The notes below the pieces were generated by a model. That model was not told the DNA's origin, searched no databases, and worked only from the letters and a program-made list of their open reading frames with translations. A stretch of DNA of 64,000 nt from a virus. The stretch lies in the IMG/VR virus record IMGVR_UViG_3300013117_000371; one strand, given 5' to 3'. The number at the start of each line of letters is the position of its first letter. The first letter of the stretch is position 1. Of this stretch, positions 54,171-63,689 are shown piece after piece. Made by a program: the position numbers and the translations under genes.

Positions 54171-54547
54171 AAGCGCAACGACGGAGGTTTTGCCACCCCA
54201 TCTTTGAGGAGACAGACGACCTGGACGGGTTCGTGCAGACATTGGTGCGGGTGTTTCGGAGGTATGACAAGGCTGGTACGCTTCCGTCGGGGCTCACTGT
54301 CTCCCAAAACGAACGGGGGCGTTTCTGGCTGGTAAGCGCCGACGCCCCCCAACGCATTGGGAGTTGGGTAGCCCTGGACCTGGACGAGTTGGGGCCGCCA
54401 CCCAACTGCCTGTGGATCGGCTACAGCCGGGAGAAGAGGGAGTACGCCGTAGTAGCAGCGGTTTCGCAGGAAGGGAAGCCCGGAATCGTACTTCAGTACA
54501 CTCAGTCGCTCGGGGGAATCTGCTATAAGAACGGTGGAGTGAATTAG
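54167..54547 (+). CDS. hypothetical protein
   Basis: ATGA coupling to polA. Confidence 0.65.
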   Translation: MKAQRRRFCHPIFEETDDLDGFVQTLVRVFRRYDKAGTLPSGLTVSQNERGRFWLVSADAPQRIGSWVALDLDELGPPPNCLWIGYSREKREYAVVAAVSQEGKPGIVLQYTQSLGGICYKNGGVN

Positions 54548-54617
54548 TCCGGGGAAACCCCTACTCCGGGCTCAGGAACTTGTTCCGCCTGAGGGGAGGT
54601 GGAAGGAGGCCATTGAT

Positions 54618-55082
54618 ATGGCGAAAAAGAAACTTGGTCGGGCCAAGGCATCTTGGCGGTCCGGCCGCCCCGGCTTCATCGGCTGGGGTAAACACTACCG
54701 AGAGGGAGAGTTCAACGAAGCTCTCGAAGAGAAGAACCTGGTGGGAGACGGTTTCATTGCAGCCCGCACCAAGGGCGGCCGGCGTAATGGCTGGGTCGTC
54801 CTCTCCCGGGACGTGCGCAAAGGGTACCGGCCGCTCATCATCGCCGGCACTCAGTGCGTCATCGTGAAGGGTGACGGGGAGCTGGTGAAGCAGCGGTACG
54901 ACTGCTTCCGGTCCACCGTGACCGGTCTGCGGCTGTTCCGCCCCAGCCAGGGCGAGCCCTACGTCGGCTACGTCAAGGTGGTCGAAGAAGGAGTTCAGGT
55001 CGTCGCCAAGTGGAGCCCGGGGTGCATCCCGGAGAAGTTCACTCGGTTCCAGGGAGCAGAAGCTGAGTTGCTGGCGTCCTGA
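54618..55082 (+). CDS. hypothetical protein
   Basis: GGAGG RBS; 154 aa. Confidence 0.7.
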   Translation: MAKKKLGRAKASWRSGRPGFIGWGKHYREGEFNEALEEKNLVGDGFIAARTKGGRRNGWVVLSRDVRKGYRPLIIAGTQCVIVKGDGELVKQRYDCFRSTVTGLRLFRPSQGEPYVGYVKVVEEGVQVVAKWSPGCIPEKFTRFQGAEAELLAS

Positions 55083-55143
55083 GACGGCCTAGTGTTTGGA
55101 AGGAACTGGGGGGTCCGGAAACGGGCCCCCCACAGGAGATTCG

Positions 55144-55494
55144 ATGACCAAGAAACCAGGGAAGTTAGTGTTCTCCTTTAGCGGCGCTCTGGTGGCCGAG
55201 GCCTCCACCGAAGGCGGGTGGGAGCGGCACACGGAGCTGCGGCTATACCGCACAAAGGTAGGTTACCTGCTCCAAATTGTTGGGGGGTCACCTATCCCGG
55301 GAGAAGAGGAGAGACACCGCTACATACAGGCAAAGAGCCCACACGAGGTGGTCAAGGTCCTCCGCATGCAGAAGTCCGAGCCACACTCAAACGTCGCCAG
55401 GGAGCTCCTTAGGCTCGCCAAGAAAAGCGACGACAACTTCAAACGTGATTGGGAGGAGCGTCATGGTTCTAGAAAAACTGGCAGTGCAAACTGA
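55144..55494 (+). CDS. hypothetical protein
   Basis: AGGAGA RBS; RHTELRLYRT..GYLLQIVG motif. Confidence 0.7.
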   Translation: MTKKPGKLVFSFSGALVAEASTEGGWERHTELRLYRTKVGYLLQIVGGSPIPGEEERHRYIQAKSPHEVVKVLRMQKSEPHSNVARELLRLAKKSDDNFKRDWEERHGSRKTGSAN

Positions 55495-55618
55495 AGGTCC
55501 AAAGGACGGGAAGTGCCCCAAGTGCGGGAGCAAAGTAGAGAAGCGGGGGGGCGCTCACTGGTGCCCGAAGTGCGGAACTGAGCCGTTCGAGGTGAGACGT
55601 GGCAAAGAAGGGGAGTAA
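55463..55618 (+). CDS. small Zn-ribbon protein
   Basis: MVLEKLAV...CPKCG...WCPKCGTEPFE; GGAGG RBS. Confidence 0.7.
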   Translation: MVLEKLAVQTEGPKDGKCPKCGSKVEKRGGAHWCPKCGTEPFEVRRGKEGE

Positions 55619-56783
55619 GAAAGCAGAGAAAAAAGGAACGAAGAAGGGCCCGAAGAAGGAGAAGAAGGGGAGCCTTACGCCGGCCGAACAAGCCGAAGCG
55701 ATTAGGGCAGCCCTCGCCAAGAAAGGGGTGCACCTGGTTAGAGCCGCCGACTTGATTACCAACCAGAGCATCCGCCGCCCCTTCGGCGTCCCCTCCCTTG
55801 ACGTCGAAATTGCCGGCGGAGCCGGGTCCGGAGCCGCCACCATCCTGTACGGCCCGTACGGGGCAGGCAAGACCCTTCTGACCATGTGGAACTTGCGGGA
55901 GGCGCAGCGGACGTACGGCAAGGACTTCAAGGGCCTGTTCCTGTCTTTGGGACTGCCGTTGGACCGCCCCTACGCTCGCATACACCGGTTGAAGATCCCG
56001 TTCAACAAGGAAGAGAAAGAAGAGTTCATCGCGCTGTACCAGGGATACCATGGGCAACCCCCCACGCCCCAGGAGATCAAAGAAGCAGGAGCGACCATGG
56101 GGCAGCTGGACTTCCTCTTCGCCGACTACAGCAGCCCCCGGGCCCTGGAGCGGGTACTGGAGGGGTTCCTGACTCTGGTGAGCACCCGGACGTACCAGCT
56201 TGCGGTGGTGGATGACTTAGGCGCTCTGCCGCCCAGGGAAATCGCCGAGAAGAAGCTGGGGGACGACCCCCGCCGGGGGGCTTTCGCCCGCCTGTTCGGG
56301 GAGTTCACGCAGAAGCTCAACCTGTTCCTCCAGTACCACCAGGGGAAGTTCAACCCCACTTCAGTGCTGGTGACCTCCCAGGCTCGCAAGTCGATGATGC
56401 CCGGGGACAACTTCACCCTCCCGTTCGGGGAGGCGCTGAAGCACAACACCGCCGCCGTCATCCGAGTGCGGAAGGACGTTGACAAGGAAGGCGGGCAGAA
56501 AATCGTCTGGAAAATTGCCCGGGGCAAGTACGGGCACGGCGACGGAGCTCGAGGAGTGCTGCTGTTCAACCCTTACTCCGGCATCGACCGGACCATGGAC
56601 CTGGTGACTACGGCCGTCATGTACGAGGTCATTCACAGGGCTGGGACTTCCCACTTCTCATATGGAGAGTTCGGGGGTATTGGCTACGACCCCCTCTGCA
56701 ACTACGTGGAGGAGCACGGGCTGTACGACGAGATCTGGGAAAAGGTCCTGCGGAAGAAGGGTATCCTCATGAGGACGTCTTGA
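55599..56783 (+). CDS. recA: RecA/UvsX-like recombinase
   Basis: G.PSLD..IAGG, LYGPYGAGKT, VVDDLGAL, SQARK, GEALKH, KIARGK. Confidence 0.85.
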   Translation: MAKKGSKKAEKKGTKKGPKKEKKGSLTPAEQAEAIRAALAKKGVHLVRAADLITNQSIRRPFGVPSLDVEIAGGAGSGAATILYGPYGAGKTLLTMWNLREAQRTYGKDFKGLFLSLGLPLDRPYARIHRLKIPFNKEEKEEFIALYQGYHGQPPTPQEIKEAGATMGQLDFLFADYSSPRALERVLEGFLTLVSTRTYQLAVVDDLGALPPREIAEKKLGDDPRRGAFARLFGEFTQKLNLFLQYHQGKFNPTSVLVTSQARKSMMPGDNFTLPFGEALKHNTAAVIRVRKDVDKEGGQKIVWKIARGKYGHGDGARGVLLFNPYSGIDRTMDLVTTAVMYEVIHRAGTSHFSYGEFGGIGYDPLCNYVEEHGLYDEIWEKVLRKKGILMRTS

Positions 56784-56907
56784 CAACTCCCCTAACTACT
56801 ACCAAAGTAGCGGCTGGGGGCACGCGTACCAAGCCCACCAGGCAGTTCCTCAACTGCCTGAAGGCGAAGGTGTCCGCTGCCAACGAAAGCACATCTAATA
56901 TGGAGGC

Positions 56908-57285
56908 ATGGCGGACATGACTTGGCAGGAAGCAGAAGCAGCGGTTGCCCGCCTGTACGAGGGGGAGCTTCAGAAAGGATCGGGGTGCTCCCGCAACCCA
57001 GCCCGGAAACAAGACGTAATCTCGGCCACTCACTTGGTGGAAGTGAAGCACACCTGCGCCACGGGGCACCGGGTCAACAAGGACCTCCTATTGGCCATCC
57101 GCCAACGGGCGGCTCGCCTGGGGCTGGCGCCGGCGTTTGCCGTCGTCTTCGACCATCGGCAGTATGCGGTAGTTGTGCACGCCGACGTCGACGCCGTCCT
57201 GGAGGAGCATAAGGACGACGGTCGCAAAACCGTCACTATCTACCCTGGCGGCATGAAGCCACTTTGGAAAACGGAGTACATATGA
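56908..57285 (+). CDS. PD-(D/E)xK Holliday junction resolvase-like nuclease
   Basis: QEAE..VA...GSG...KQDV...LVEVKHT. Confidence 0.7.
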   Translation: MADMTWQEAEAAVARLYEGELQKGSGCSRNPARKQDVISATHLVEVKHTCATGHRVNKDLLLAIRQRAARLGLAPAFAVVFDHRQYAVVVHADVDAVLEEHKDDGRKTVTIYPGGMKPLWKTEYI

Positions 57286-58028
57286 TTGAAGCGCGCCACG
57301 AGCAGGCGGTCGAGCAGCTGAACGGCATCCTGCAAGAACTGCGGATCGACCCGCCGGAAGTGAAGAACCAGACCTTGACCCCGTCGCAGGCCGACCTTGG
57401 TTGGTGCCCTCGGAAACTGTATTTCAAGTTGACCGGTGAAACGGCGAAGCGCCGAACTACGCTCCAGGCTCAGCTGAGGATGGAGATGGGGAACTGCATT
57501 CACGAAGTTATCCAAACCTGGATAAAACGCAAGCTCCCGGAGACACTGATTGAGTTCGTAGTGCCGGACACTGAGATGTTGGGGATTACCTCCCGGGCCC
57601 GGGTCGATCTGATCATTGCTGAGTTGCTCAAGGGAGAGTACGACTTCCTGGGGGAGATCAAGTCTTGTGGGGATGCCTACTTCAAGAAATACGTGAAGAA
57701 CACCCCCCAGTCACACTATTTCCAAATGCTGATGACGGCGGCGCTGCTGAAGCTGTGGCAGCCCGGTATCCTAATCCTTGTCAATCGGAACACAGGGACG
57801 CCCCACGCCAAATTGGTGGACCTCACCGAGGAAGCATGGGCAAAAGAACTGGCCGAGTTGGCCAAGTTCAAGGAGACCTATGTTGACTCCGGGATCTTAC
57901 CGCCTTTGCCGGTAGGGAAAAGTTCTTTTCTTTGCAGCACTTGTGACTACTACCATAAGTGCTTTGGCCGCAGACAGCCCAAGACCGGGGCACTCGCCCG
58001 CAGTAAGGTATTCAAAAGGAGGAGTTGA
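57282..58028 (+). CDS. PD-(D/E)xK exonuclease (Cas4-like Cys pattern)
   Basis: CPRKLYF...GNCIHE...RVD...EIKS...Q...C..CDYYHKC. Confidence 0.8.
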   Translation: MIEARHEQAVEQLNGILQELRIDPPEVKNQTLTPSQADLGWCPRKLYFKLTGETAKRRTTLQAQLRMEMGNCIHEVIQTWIKRKLPETLIEFVVPDTEMLGITSRARVDLIIAELLKGEYDFLGEIKSCGDAYFKKYVKNTPQSHYFQMLMTAALLKLWQPGILILVNRNTGTPHAKLVDLTEEAWAKELAELAKFKETYVDSGILPPLPVGKSSFLCSTCDYYHKCFGRRQPKTGALARSKVFKRRS

Positions 58029-58591
58029 TGGCAATAGGGTTCAAGTCAACCGAAGAGCTACGAGCTATCCGGGAACGCAAGAAGGCTGCAGTGGACAGGG
58101 CCTTCGGCGACTGGGAGGCCCGGAAGTTACCGCTATTCCAGTTGCCTGAAAGGGAGTATCCCCAAATCCCGGAGAACATCACTGATTGGCCCAACCCTGA
58201 ATTAGAGCAACTCATGGCGATAATGAGGATTTGGGACGCCTACATTGCGGAGCGGATGGTGGAGGCGAAGACGATCAAGAACACATGGGAGGCCACTAAG
58301 AGAGCGGTTGAGTCCCGGGTCATTCACGAGCTCAGGTTGGCCTACGGAGAGTCCCTGGAGAAGCGACGAGTAGCGGTGAGAGCCAACGTCGACTATATGG
58401 AAGCGGACGAGCGGTACGAAAGTGCTTGTCACGCCTTCAGCATGCTGGAGATGCGGCACAAGCAAATCTCCCGGGACCTGGCGGTGGTGTCTCGCATTGT
58501 GGAGTTGCGAAAGTTGGAGCAGCGAGGTAGGGGGTCCGGGGAGGACTACCCTTCCGACATTAACGAAGGCGACCGGTATGCGGAGGACTGA
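58028..58591 (+). CDS. UvsY-like recombination mediator (helical)
   Basis: Helical ORF ending RR..V..N.DY......Y...LE...K..SRD; located near recA. Confidence 0.45.
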   Translation: MAIGFKSTEELRAIRERKKAAVDRAFGDWEARKLPLFQLPEREYPQIPENITDWPNPELEQLMAIMRIWDAYIAERMVEAKTIKNTWEATKRAVESRVIHELRLAYGESLEKRRVAVRANVDYMEADERYESACHAFSMLEMRHKQISRDLAVVSRIVELRKLEQRGRGSGEDYPSDINEGDRYAED

Positions 58592-59682
58592 TGAGACGCG
58601 TAACCACTCACTCTGAACTGGTGTGTGTTGCCCGTGCTCGGGGGTACTGTGTCGATTTGGATATGAGCCCCTTCGACTTAACGGAGCTCATTGAGGGCAC
58701 TGGCGCCGACCCGCCCATGTCGGTTCTTGACCAACGAAGGATGCGCATTTTCCGGGTCATTCGGACCTTCAAGGACCGGGTAGAGCTCGACTGCCCCGGC
58801 GATTGCTATCGTTGTCCAGCGGCGCAACTGGTGCGGTGTTGGATTTTGAGTAGGGAGACAGTAGAGACGTTTGAAAGCCATTTAACGACGGAGGAATGGG
58901 AGATGGCAGAACACCAGCTGTATACGCGAAAAGAACTGGAAGCACTGGAGCAGGGGGATCTCTACCGCATCGGCGCCGTGGAGGCGAAGATCCCCCGGTT
59001 CGACGTCTACTCCATGCCCAAGGAGGAGATCATCCTGAAAATTCTGGAGGCGCGGGGCGCCCCCGGTGAAGTCGACAAGGCCCCTGAAGAGCCCAAAGGC
59101 AAAAAGGGCGGCCCCAAGAAGAAAGCTCCGCCCAAGAAGAAGAAGGGGGGGGAGCCCGCAGCTACGGGGGAGCCAGCAGACGCAGAGGAGTCGGCCGGAG
59201 CGCCCAAGAAGGCAACACGGAAACAGAAGTCTGCGGGCAAGAAGGCCCCGCCCAAGAAGAAAGCTCCCCCCTCAGCGCCCCCCACTGCCGAAGGCACGGA
59301 GGGGGGAGAGCAGCCGGAGAGCGAAGCGCCTACGCCGAAGTACGACAAGGGCGATCCTCTGCATGCCTTTGAGGACGCTGAGCCCGCTGCGCTGATTCAC
59401 GCAGCCTTGCTCAAGATGGTGGCCAAAATGGGCGGCACCGCTGGGGCAGCCGAAGAAGTAGCCTTCCTGCGGGAGCAGGTCATGCAGCTCGTCGCCCGGG
59501 TACAGGCCTTGGAGGAAGCTGAAAGGAAGGCAGTCGCAGCGATCGACTTGTTGGTCGACAAGGTGATGGCGGGCTTTGTCGATGTCCAGACCATCCTAGA
59601 GAATTACCTGGACTTGGACGACGTCGAGGGGGAGGGCCCTTTCGCCCGCCTGAAGGACGTCGCCGACCGGTACCGGGAGTAA
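58591..59682 (+). CDS. hypothetical protein: Cys-rich N-domain, K/P/E-rich linker, coiled coil
   Basis: CPGDCYRCP...CW; KKKAPP repeats; possible internal start at 58903. Confidence 0.75.
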   Translation: MRRVTTHSELVCVARARGYCVDLDMSPFDLTELIEGTGADPPMSVLDQRRMRIFRVIRTFKDRVELDCPGDCYRCPAAQLVRCWILSRETVETFESHLTTEEWEMAEHQLYTRKELEALEQGDLYRIGAVEAKIPRFDVYSMPKEEIILKILEARGAPGEVDKAPEEPKGKKGGPKKKAPPKKKKGGEPAATGEPADAEESAGAPKKATRKQKSAGKKAPPKKKAPPSAPPTAEGTEGGEQPESEAPTPKYDKGDPLHAFEDAEPAALIHAALLKMVAKMGGTAGAAEEVAFLREQVMQLVARVQALEEAERKAVAAIDLLVDKVMAGFVDVQTILENYLDLDDVEGEGPFARLKDVADRYRE

Positions 59683-59803
59683 CTCCCACGGTACTTATCG
59701 AAGAGCCGGAAGACATCATCGCCCACATGCGGGAGTTGGGGTTTTCCGGCTCTCCTACTGACTTGATCGAGATTGCCGCTGAGCTGTCAATTACGGAGGA
59801 CGA

Positions 59804-61231
59804 ATGAGTTACCCGTTTGACTTGAAACTTGAGGACTACATCAGGGCATCCTACCCCATTATTGTGGTTGAGACATTCGACCCTCTGTATACAGAGGACC
59901 GAATTACCCGAATTGCTGACAGGTTGGGGAAGGGGGCCACCGTGGAAGTGCAGGACTTGATAGGCCTCAAGGGCCAGGTGGTGAAGTACGTGGATACACT
60001 TCCGGACACGAAAGGGAAGTGGAGCATTATTGTTCTGCGGAATATGCACTTCTTCCTCCAGGACAAGTCGTTCCTGCAAGCGCTCCACAACTTCGTCCGG
60101 AAAGTGCGTGAGAAGGACAAGCCCTGCATTCTCATTGGGACTTGCCCTACCATTGAGGAATTGCCGGCGGAGATCGGCCGTGAAGCTGTCGTCGTCCGGG
60201 ACAGACTCCCCGAAGAGGAGGACCTTTTGGGCTTTGCCGGGGCCCTGGCCCTCGAGTACGGAGGCAAGGTGGAGATCCCCCAGTCGGCGCTGCCCGAAGT
60301 GGCCAAGGTTGGCCGAGGTATGACCTTCAGCGAGTTCAAGCGGGCATTCAAGCTCTCCCTGGTCAAGACCAAGGGGCTGGACCCAGCTTTGTTTGCCGAG
60401 GTCAAGAAGCAGATCCTCCGGCAGTCTGCAGCGTTGTCTTTGTACCAACCGTTGCCGACGGACAAAATGGATGACCTGGCCGGCATGGAGAGTCTGAAGT
60501 TCTTCATGGTCAGAACGGAAGGGAAGATCCGGGGCGTGCTGATTATGGGGCCTCCAGGTACCGGCAAGACGCACTTCGCCAAATCCCTGGCTCGAAAGTT
60601 GGGCATTCCACTCATCATCCTGGACGTGGGCAGCCTGTTCCACGGAATTGTCGGGTCCTCCGAGGCCCGAATGCGCCGCATGGTGGCCATTGTGGAGGCC
60701 TTTGGGCGCTGTTTGCTGTTGGTAGACGAAATCGAGAAGGGTTTCTCCGGCCTCGGTGGAAGTGGCTCTACTGATGGGGGTACCACGCAGAGGACCTTGT
60801 CCAAGTTCCTCACCTGGTTGTCCGACCGGAGGAGCCTGGACGCATGCGTGATTGCTACGTGCAACGCCATGAGTTTACCCCCCGAGTACATTCGGGCCGG
60901 CAGGTTCTCCACCATCTTCTACCTGGGCTTGCCCAACCAGAAGGTGAGGGACAAGGCGTGGGAGATTCACAAGCGCAACTTCGGTATCGAGGAGGAGGGG
61001 CACCCGCCTGATGAGGGGTGGAGTGGTGCAGAAATCTTTCAATGCTGTGAGAATGCCAAGGCCATGAATGTGTCTTTGGCCGAAGCAGCAGGCTACACAG
61101 TGAGGGTTTCCCGAGTCTCCAAGGCACAGCTTGAAGAGCTCAGGCGCTTCGCTGACGAGGCAGGACTGGTCCCGGCCGACGACCCGGACGAGGATGACGA
61201 GGACACCTCCTCCATAGTGGTGGACGCATGA
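59804..61231 (+). CDS. AAA+ ATPase (Ycf46-like, degenerate first module)
   Basis: YIRASYPII.V.T.D; GPPGTGKT; LVDEIEKG; ATCN; RAGRF. Confidence 0.9.
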   Translation: MSYPFDLKLEDYIRASYPIIVVETFDPLYTEDRITRIADRLGKGATVEVQDLIGLKGQVVKYVDTLPDTKGKWSIIVLRNMHFFLQDKSFLQALHNFVRKVREKDKPCILIGTCPTIEELPAEIGREAVVVRDRLPEEEDLLGFAGALALEYGGKVEIPQSALPEVAKVGRGMTFSEFKRAFKLSLVKTKGLDPALFAEVKKQILRQSAALSLYQPLPTDKMDDLAGMESLKFFMVRTEGKIRGVLIMGPPGTGKTHFAKSLARKLGIPLIILDVGSLFHGIVGSSEARMRRMVAIVEAFGRCLLLVDEIEKGFSGLGGSGSTDGGTTQRTLSKFLTWLSDRRSLDACVIATCNAMSLPPEYIRAGRFSTIFYLGLPNQKVRDKAWEIHKRNFGIEEEGHPPDEGWSGAEIFQCCENAKAMNVSLAEAAGYTVRVSRVSKAQLEELRRFADEAGLVPADDPDEDDEDTSSIVVDA

Positions 61232-61611
61232 GCCACGCCGTGGAGATGGAGTTCAAACCGGAAAGCCTCGAGTTGCTGGAGAGGGCTTGCCAGAAGGTAG
61301 GGTTCACATACTGCCAAGGCAAGTCTACCATCCGCACGCTGCACAACGACACTGCCGCCGAGCGGGGCTTCAAGCATGACCAGGTGGCAGTCATCGAAGT
61401 CCCCGGTGTCCCTTGGGACATAGGCGTCCAAGAAGTGGAGGGGAAGCATCGACTCGTCGGTGATGAGTACATGACCAAGTGGGTCAATCAAGTCGCCGAC
61501 CAGTACCACGTGGAGGCCGCCCTGGTGTACGCTGAGGAGATGGGGTATGAGGCAACAATCGAAACCCAACCCGACGGCGCCATCGAGGTGGTCATGGTGC
61601 AGTACGAATGA
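61228..61611 (+). CDS. DUF1257-family protein
   Basis: MSH...E.K...LLERAC..VG...DIG....G...LVGD.Y...Y..EAA...A...GY. Confidence 0.75.
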   Translation: MSHAVEMEFKPESLELLERACQKVGFTYCQGKSTIRTLHNDTAAERGFKHDQVAVIEVPGVPWDIGVQEVEGKHRLVGDEYMTKWVNQVADQYHVEAALVYAEEMGYEATIETQPDGAIEVVMVQYE

Positions 61612-61802
61612 AAACCATCAAGATGAGGATCAAGAATGGGCGATGCCACATTGAAACTGACGGTTTCACCAGGGGCGAGTGCCTCGAAGCGACGGCCCCG
61701 CTCAAGCAGCTCATCGGCGAAGAAGCCGAGGAGCCCAAACTCAAAGATGAGTACTTCCAGGAAGAGGTTACTGAGGACGCTCTCGAATACGAGGAGTTCT
61801 GA
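61608..61802 (+). CDS. DUF2997-family protein
   Basis: KTIKMRIKNG.CHIETDGF.RGECLEAT..L..LIG...K.EYF. Confidence 0.8.
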   Translation: MKTIKMRIKNGRCHIETDGFTRGECLEATAPLKQLIGEEAEEPKLKDEYFQEEVTEDALEYEEF

Positions 61803-61938
61803 CTTTCGCTTCACCCTCCGAGGCGGCAGGGTGGTATCCTCATGGTGGACCCCCGGGCTAGACAGGTTTTTGGCCTACCTGGGGGTCCCCGAAGGGGACG
61901 TCAACCGCAACCCTTGGTGCGGGTAACGGAGGTAAGAG

Positions 61939-62796
61939 ATGGAACCAGCAACAAGATTCAACGTCGAGGCGTTGTTCTCAAGCGCCACACTTGTGTGGCT
62001 CAGGATCAGCGTATGGACAGCAAAAAAGGATCTCCCGAAAGGAGGAGACAAACGACGCGGGAAGCACGTCTTCCTGGTCGACAAGAAATGGCTCAAGGGG
62101 ATAACCCGCGTGGAGCGGGCGGCCCGGGACTTCCTGCAAGAGAAAGGGGGACGGTCCCCCACCGGGTCCGGGTACCTCATAGATAACGAGATCCTTCCGG
62201 AGGTGATGCAGCGACTGGAGGACTTCCAAGAGGAGTTCTTGGACGCTGTCGACGACTTTGTCGAGGAGGAATTCGACAGCGCCCTGGTGGAATCCCGAGA
62301 GGAGCTGACAGCCGAAGAGCTCGAGCTCATGCCGGCTAAGACAGCCCTCCCTCGAAAATTCGGGTTCCGTTACGGGCGTATCATCTTCGCTCTCCCCTCC
62401 ATGGGTGCTGCCGAAACGCAGGCCAGTATCGACAATATGGAGGAGTGGGCAACCAACAACACCAATGGGCTCCTGTTGAGGGGGTACGAGCGACTGCGCC
62501 ACGCCGAGAGCATTTTCGGCAACACCAAACGGAGGCTTTATGCTTCCGTGATTGGTCAAGTTCTGGCCTGGTGCGAGGAGTACGCAACGAAGCGGAGTAT
62601 CCTGTGGGGAATTCCCCCGGGCTTGTTGTCCATTGTAAACGACACTGACCAGAAGTTCCGGGGCCTCAATTTGGCGGCCCTACGGAAAGACGAGGGAAAG
62701 CGTCTCGACGCTTCTCAGCTCGTCAAATCTCTGGCCGACAGATTGGAGCCCCTGTTGCCCTCCGGCGACGACGTGGCTCTCGAGGAGGAACGGTGA
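61939..62796 (+). CDS. DUF3150-like protein
   Basis: LVWLRISVWTAKK...FLVDKKWL...AR.FL...GYLI..E.LPEVMQRLE..QEEF.DAV.DF. Confidence 0.65.
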   Translation: MEPATRFNVEALFSSATLVWLRISVWTAKKDLPKGGDKRRGKHVFLVDKKWLKGITRVERAARDFLQEKGGRSPTGSGYLIDNEILPEVMQRLEDFQEEFLDAVDDFVEEEFDSALVESREELTAEELELMPAKTALPRKFGFRYGRIIFALPSMGAAETQASIDNMEEWATNNTNGLLLRGYERLRHAESIFGNTKRRLYASVIGQVLAWCEEYATKRSILWGIPPGLLSIVNDTDQKFRGLNLAALRKDEGKRLDASQLVKSLADRLEPLLPSGDDVALEEER

Positions 62797-63302
62797 GCGC
62801 ATTGAAACCTGAAGAACTGAAACAGATCCGTGAGGAGGTATTGCAGATCACGGTGACTGCTATGGCGGGGCTCCTCGGAGTACCCCGGGCTACCTACCGG
62901 AAGTACGAAAAGGGGGACTTCCCCATCCCTGACGACTTGGCGGAGCGCATCGACCAGATCGTAGCCGAGGAGAAGGCGGGCGGGGGGCTTGACTCCCCCA
63001 CCGACTCACCCCCCCGGAAGCCCGCTCCCAAGAGGAAGAAGGCGAAGACGCCTTCACCGCCCGAACCGCAGGCGCCGGAACCGGAAAAGGAAGAGGAAGC
63101 GCCTGCCAAGTCGGCGGAGTCCCCCCGGAAAAAGCCGGAACCCGCTCCCGTGAGTGAGGAGCCGTCCCTGCTGGTAAAGGAATCTGCCCTGAGCATCCGG
63201 GAGCTCATACAAACAACGGAGACACAAACAGGGCTGGCCCAGCTCGTGCGGCTGCTTTCTTCGGGGAAGAAGGTCCGCATTGAAATCTCCCTGGTGGATT
63301 GA
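62793..63302 (+). CDS. XRE-family helix-turn-helix protein
   Basis: LKQIRE..QIT.TAMAGLLGVPRATYRKYEKG. Confidence 0.85.
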   Translation: MSALKPEELKQIREEVLQITVTAMAGLLGVPRATYRKYEKGDFPIPDDLAERIDQIVAEEKAGGGLDSPTDSPPRKPAPKRKKAKTPSPPEPQAPEPEKEEEAPAKSAESPRKKPEPAPVSEEPSLLVKESALSIRELIQTTETQTGLAQLVRLLSSGKKVRIEISLVD

Positions 63303-63685
63303 TGGGAGTCACCGTCGTCGACATCTGCTTTGACCAAGTGGACATCTACTCAATTCAGAAAGGGACCACCCGAAAAGCGGAGCTCCCGGCAAGGTTCGAC
63401 TCCCCGGAGCGGGCGGTGGACTTCGCTGAGGCGGTGGGGCAAGCCATGGAGGCGGCTATAGAGCACGTTGGGGACACCGGGCTGATCGCAATCGACGTGA
63501 CCCACCCGTGGAACCGCGGAGCGATCTGCGCTGCCGTAGCTGCCGCCCCCAGCCTCTGGTCAGAGGTCGGCTACCTGTACTACAACGCCCGGGAGGACCC
63601 GGACAAAGTGACGGAGGAAGGAGATGAACGCGGGAAAAGACTCCACGACCACTACCTCAGGACCCTTGCTGAGCAAAACGGCTGA
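63299..63685 (+). CDS. hypothetical protein
   Basis: Coupled ORF. Confidence 0.65.
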   Translation: MMGVTVVDICFDQVDIYSIQKGTTRKAELPARFDSPERAVDFAEAVGQAMEAAIEHVGDTGLIAIDVTHPWNRGAICAAVAAAPSLWSEVGYLYYNAREDPDKVTEEGDERGKRLHDHYLRTLAEQNG

Positions 63686-63689
63686 GGTT

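Noticed and set aside
56780-56810. TTGACA promoter upstream of the resolvase gene
   Set aside because: Perfect -35 but no credible -10 at 16-18 bp spacing
57282-58028. Cas4-like nuclease as a sign of a CRISPR system
   Set aside because: No repeat-spacer array or cas1/cas2 in the window; the context is a recombination operon, where standalone PD-(D/E)xK nucleases are common
59679-59807. 42-codon open frame (VTPTVLIEEPEDIIAHMRELGF...) between 58591 gene and the AAA ATPase
   Set aside because: Protein-like, but no convincing start, RBS or slippery site; cannot distinguish a small gene from chance
61803-61938. Structured ncRNA or small ORF between the DUF2997-like and DUF3150-like genes
   Set aside because: Several short GC-rich stems and an open frame coexist, and neither is distinguishable from background without comparative data
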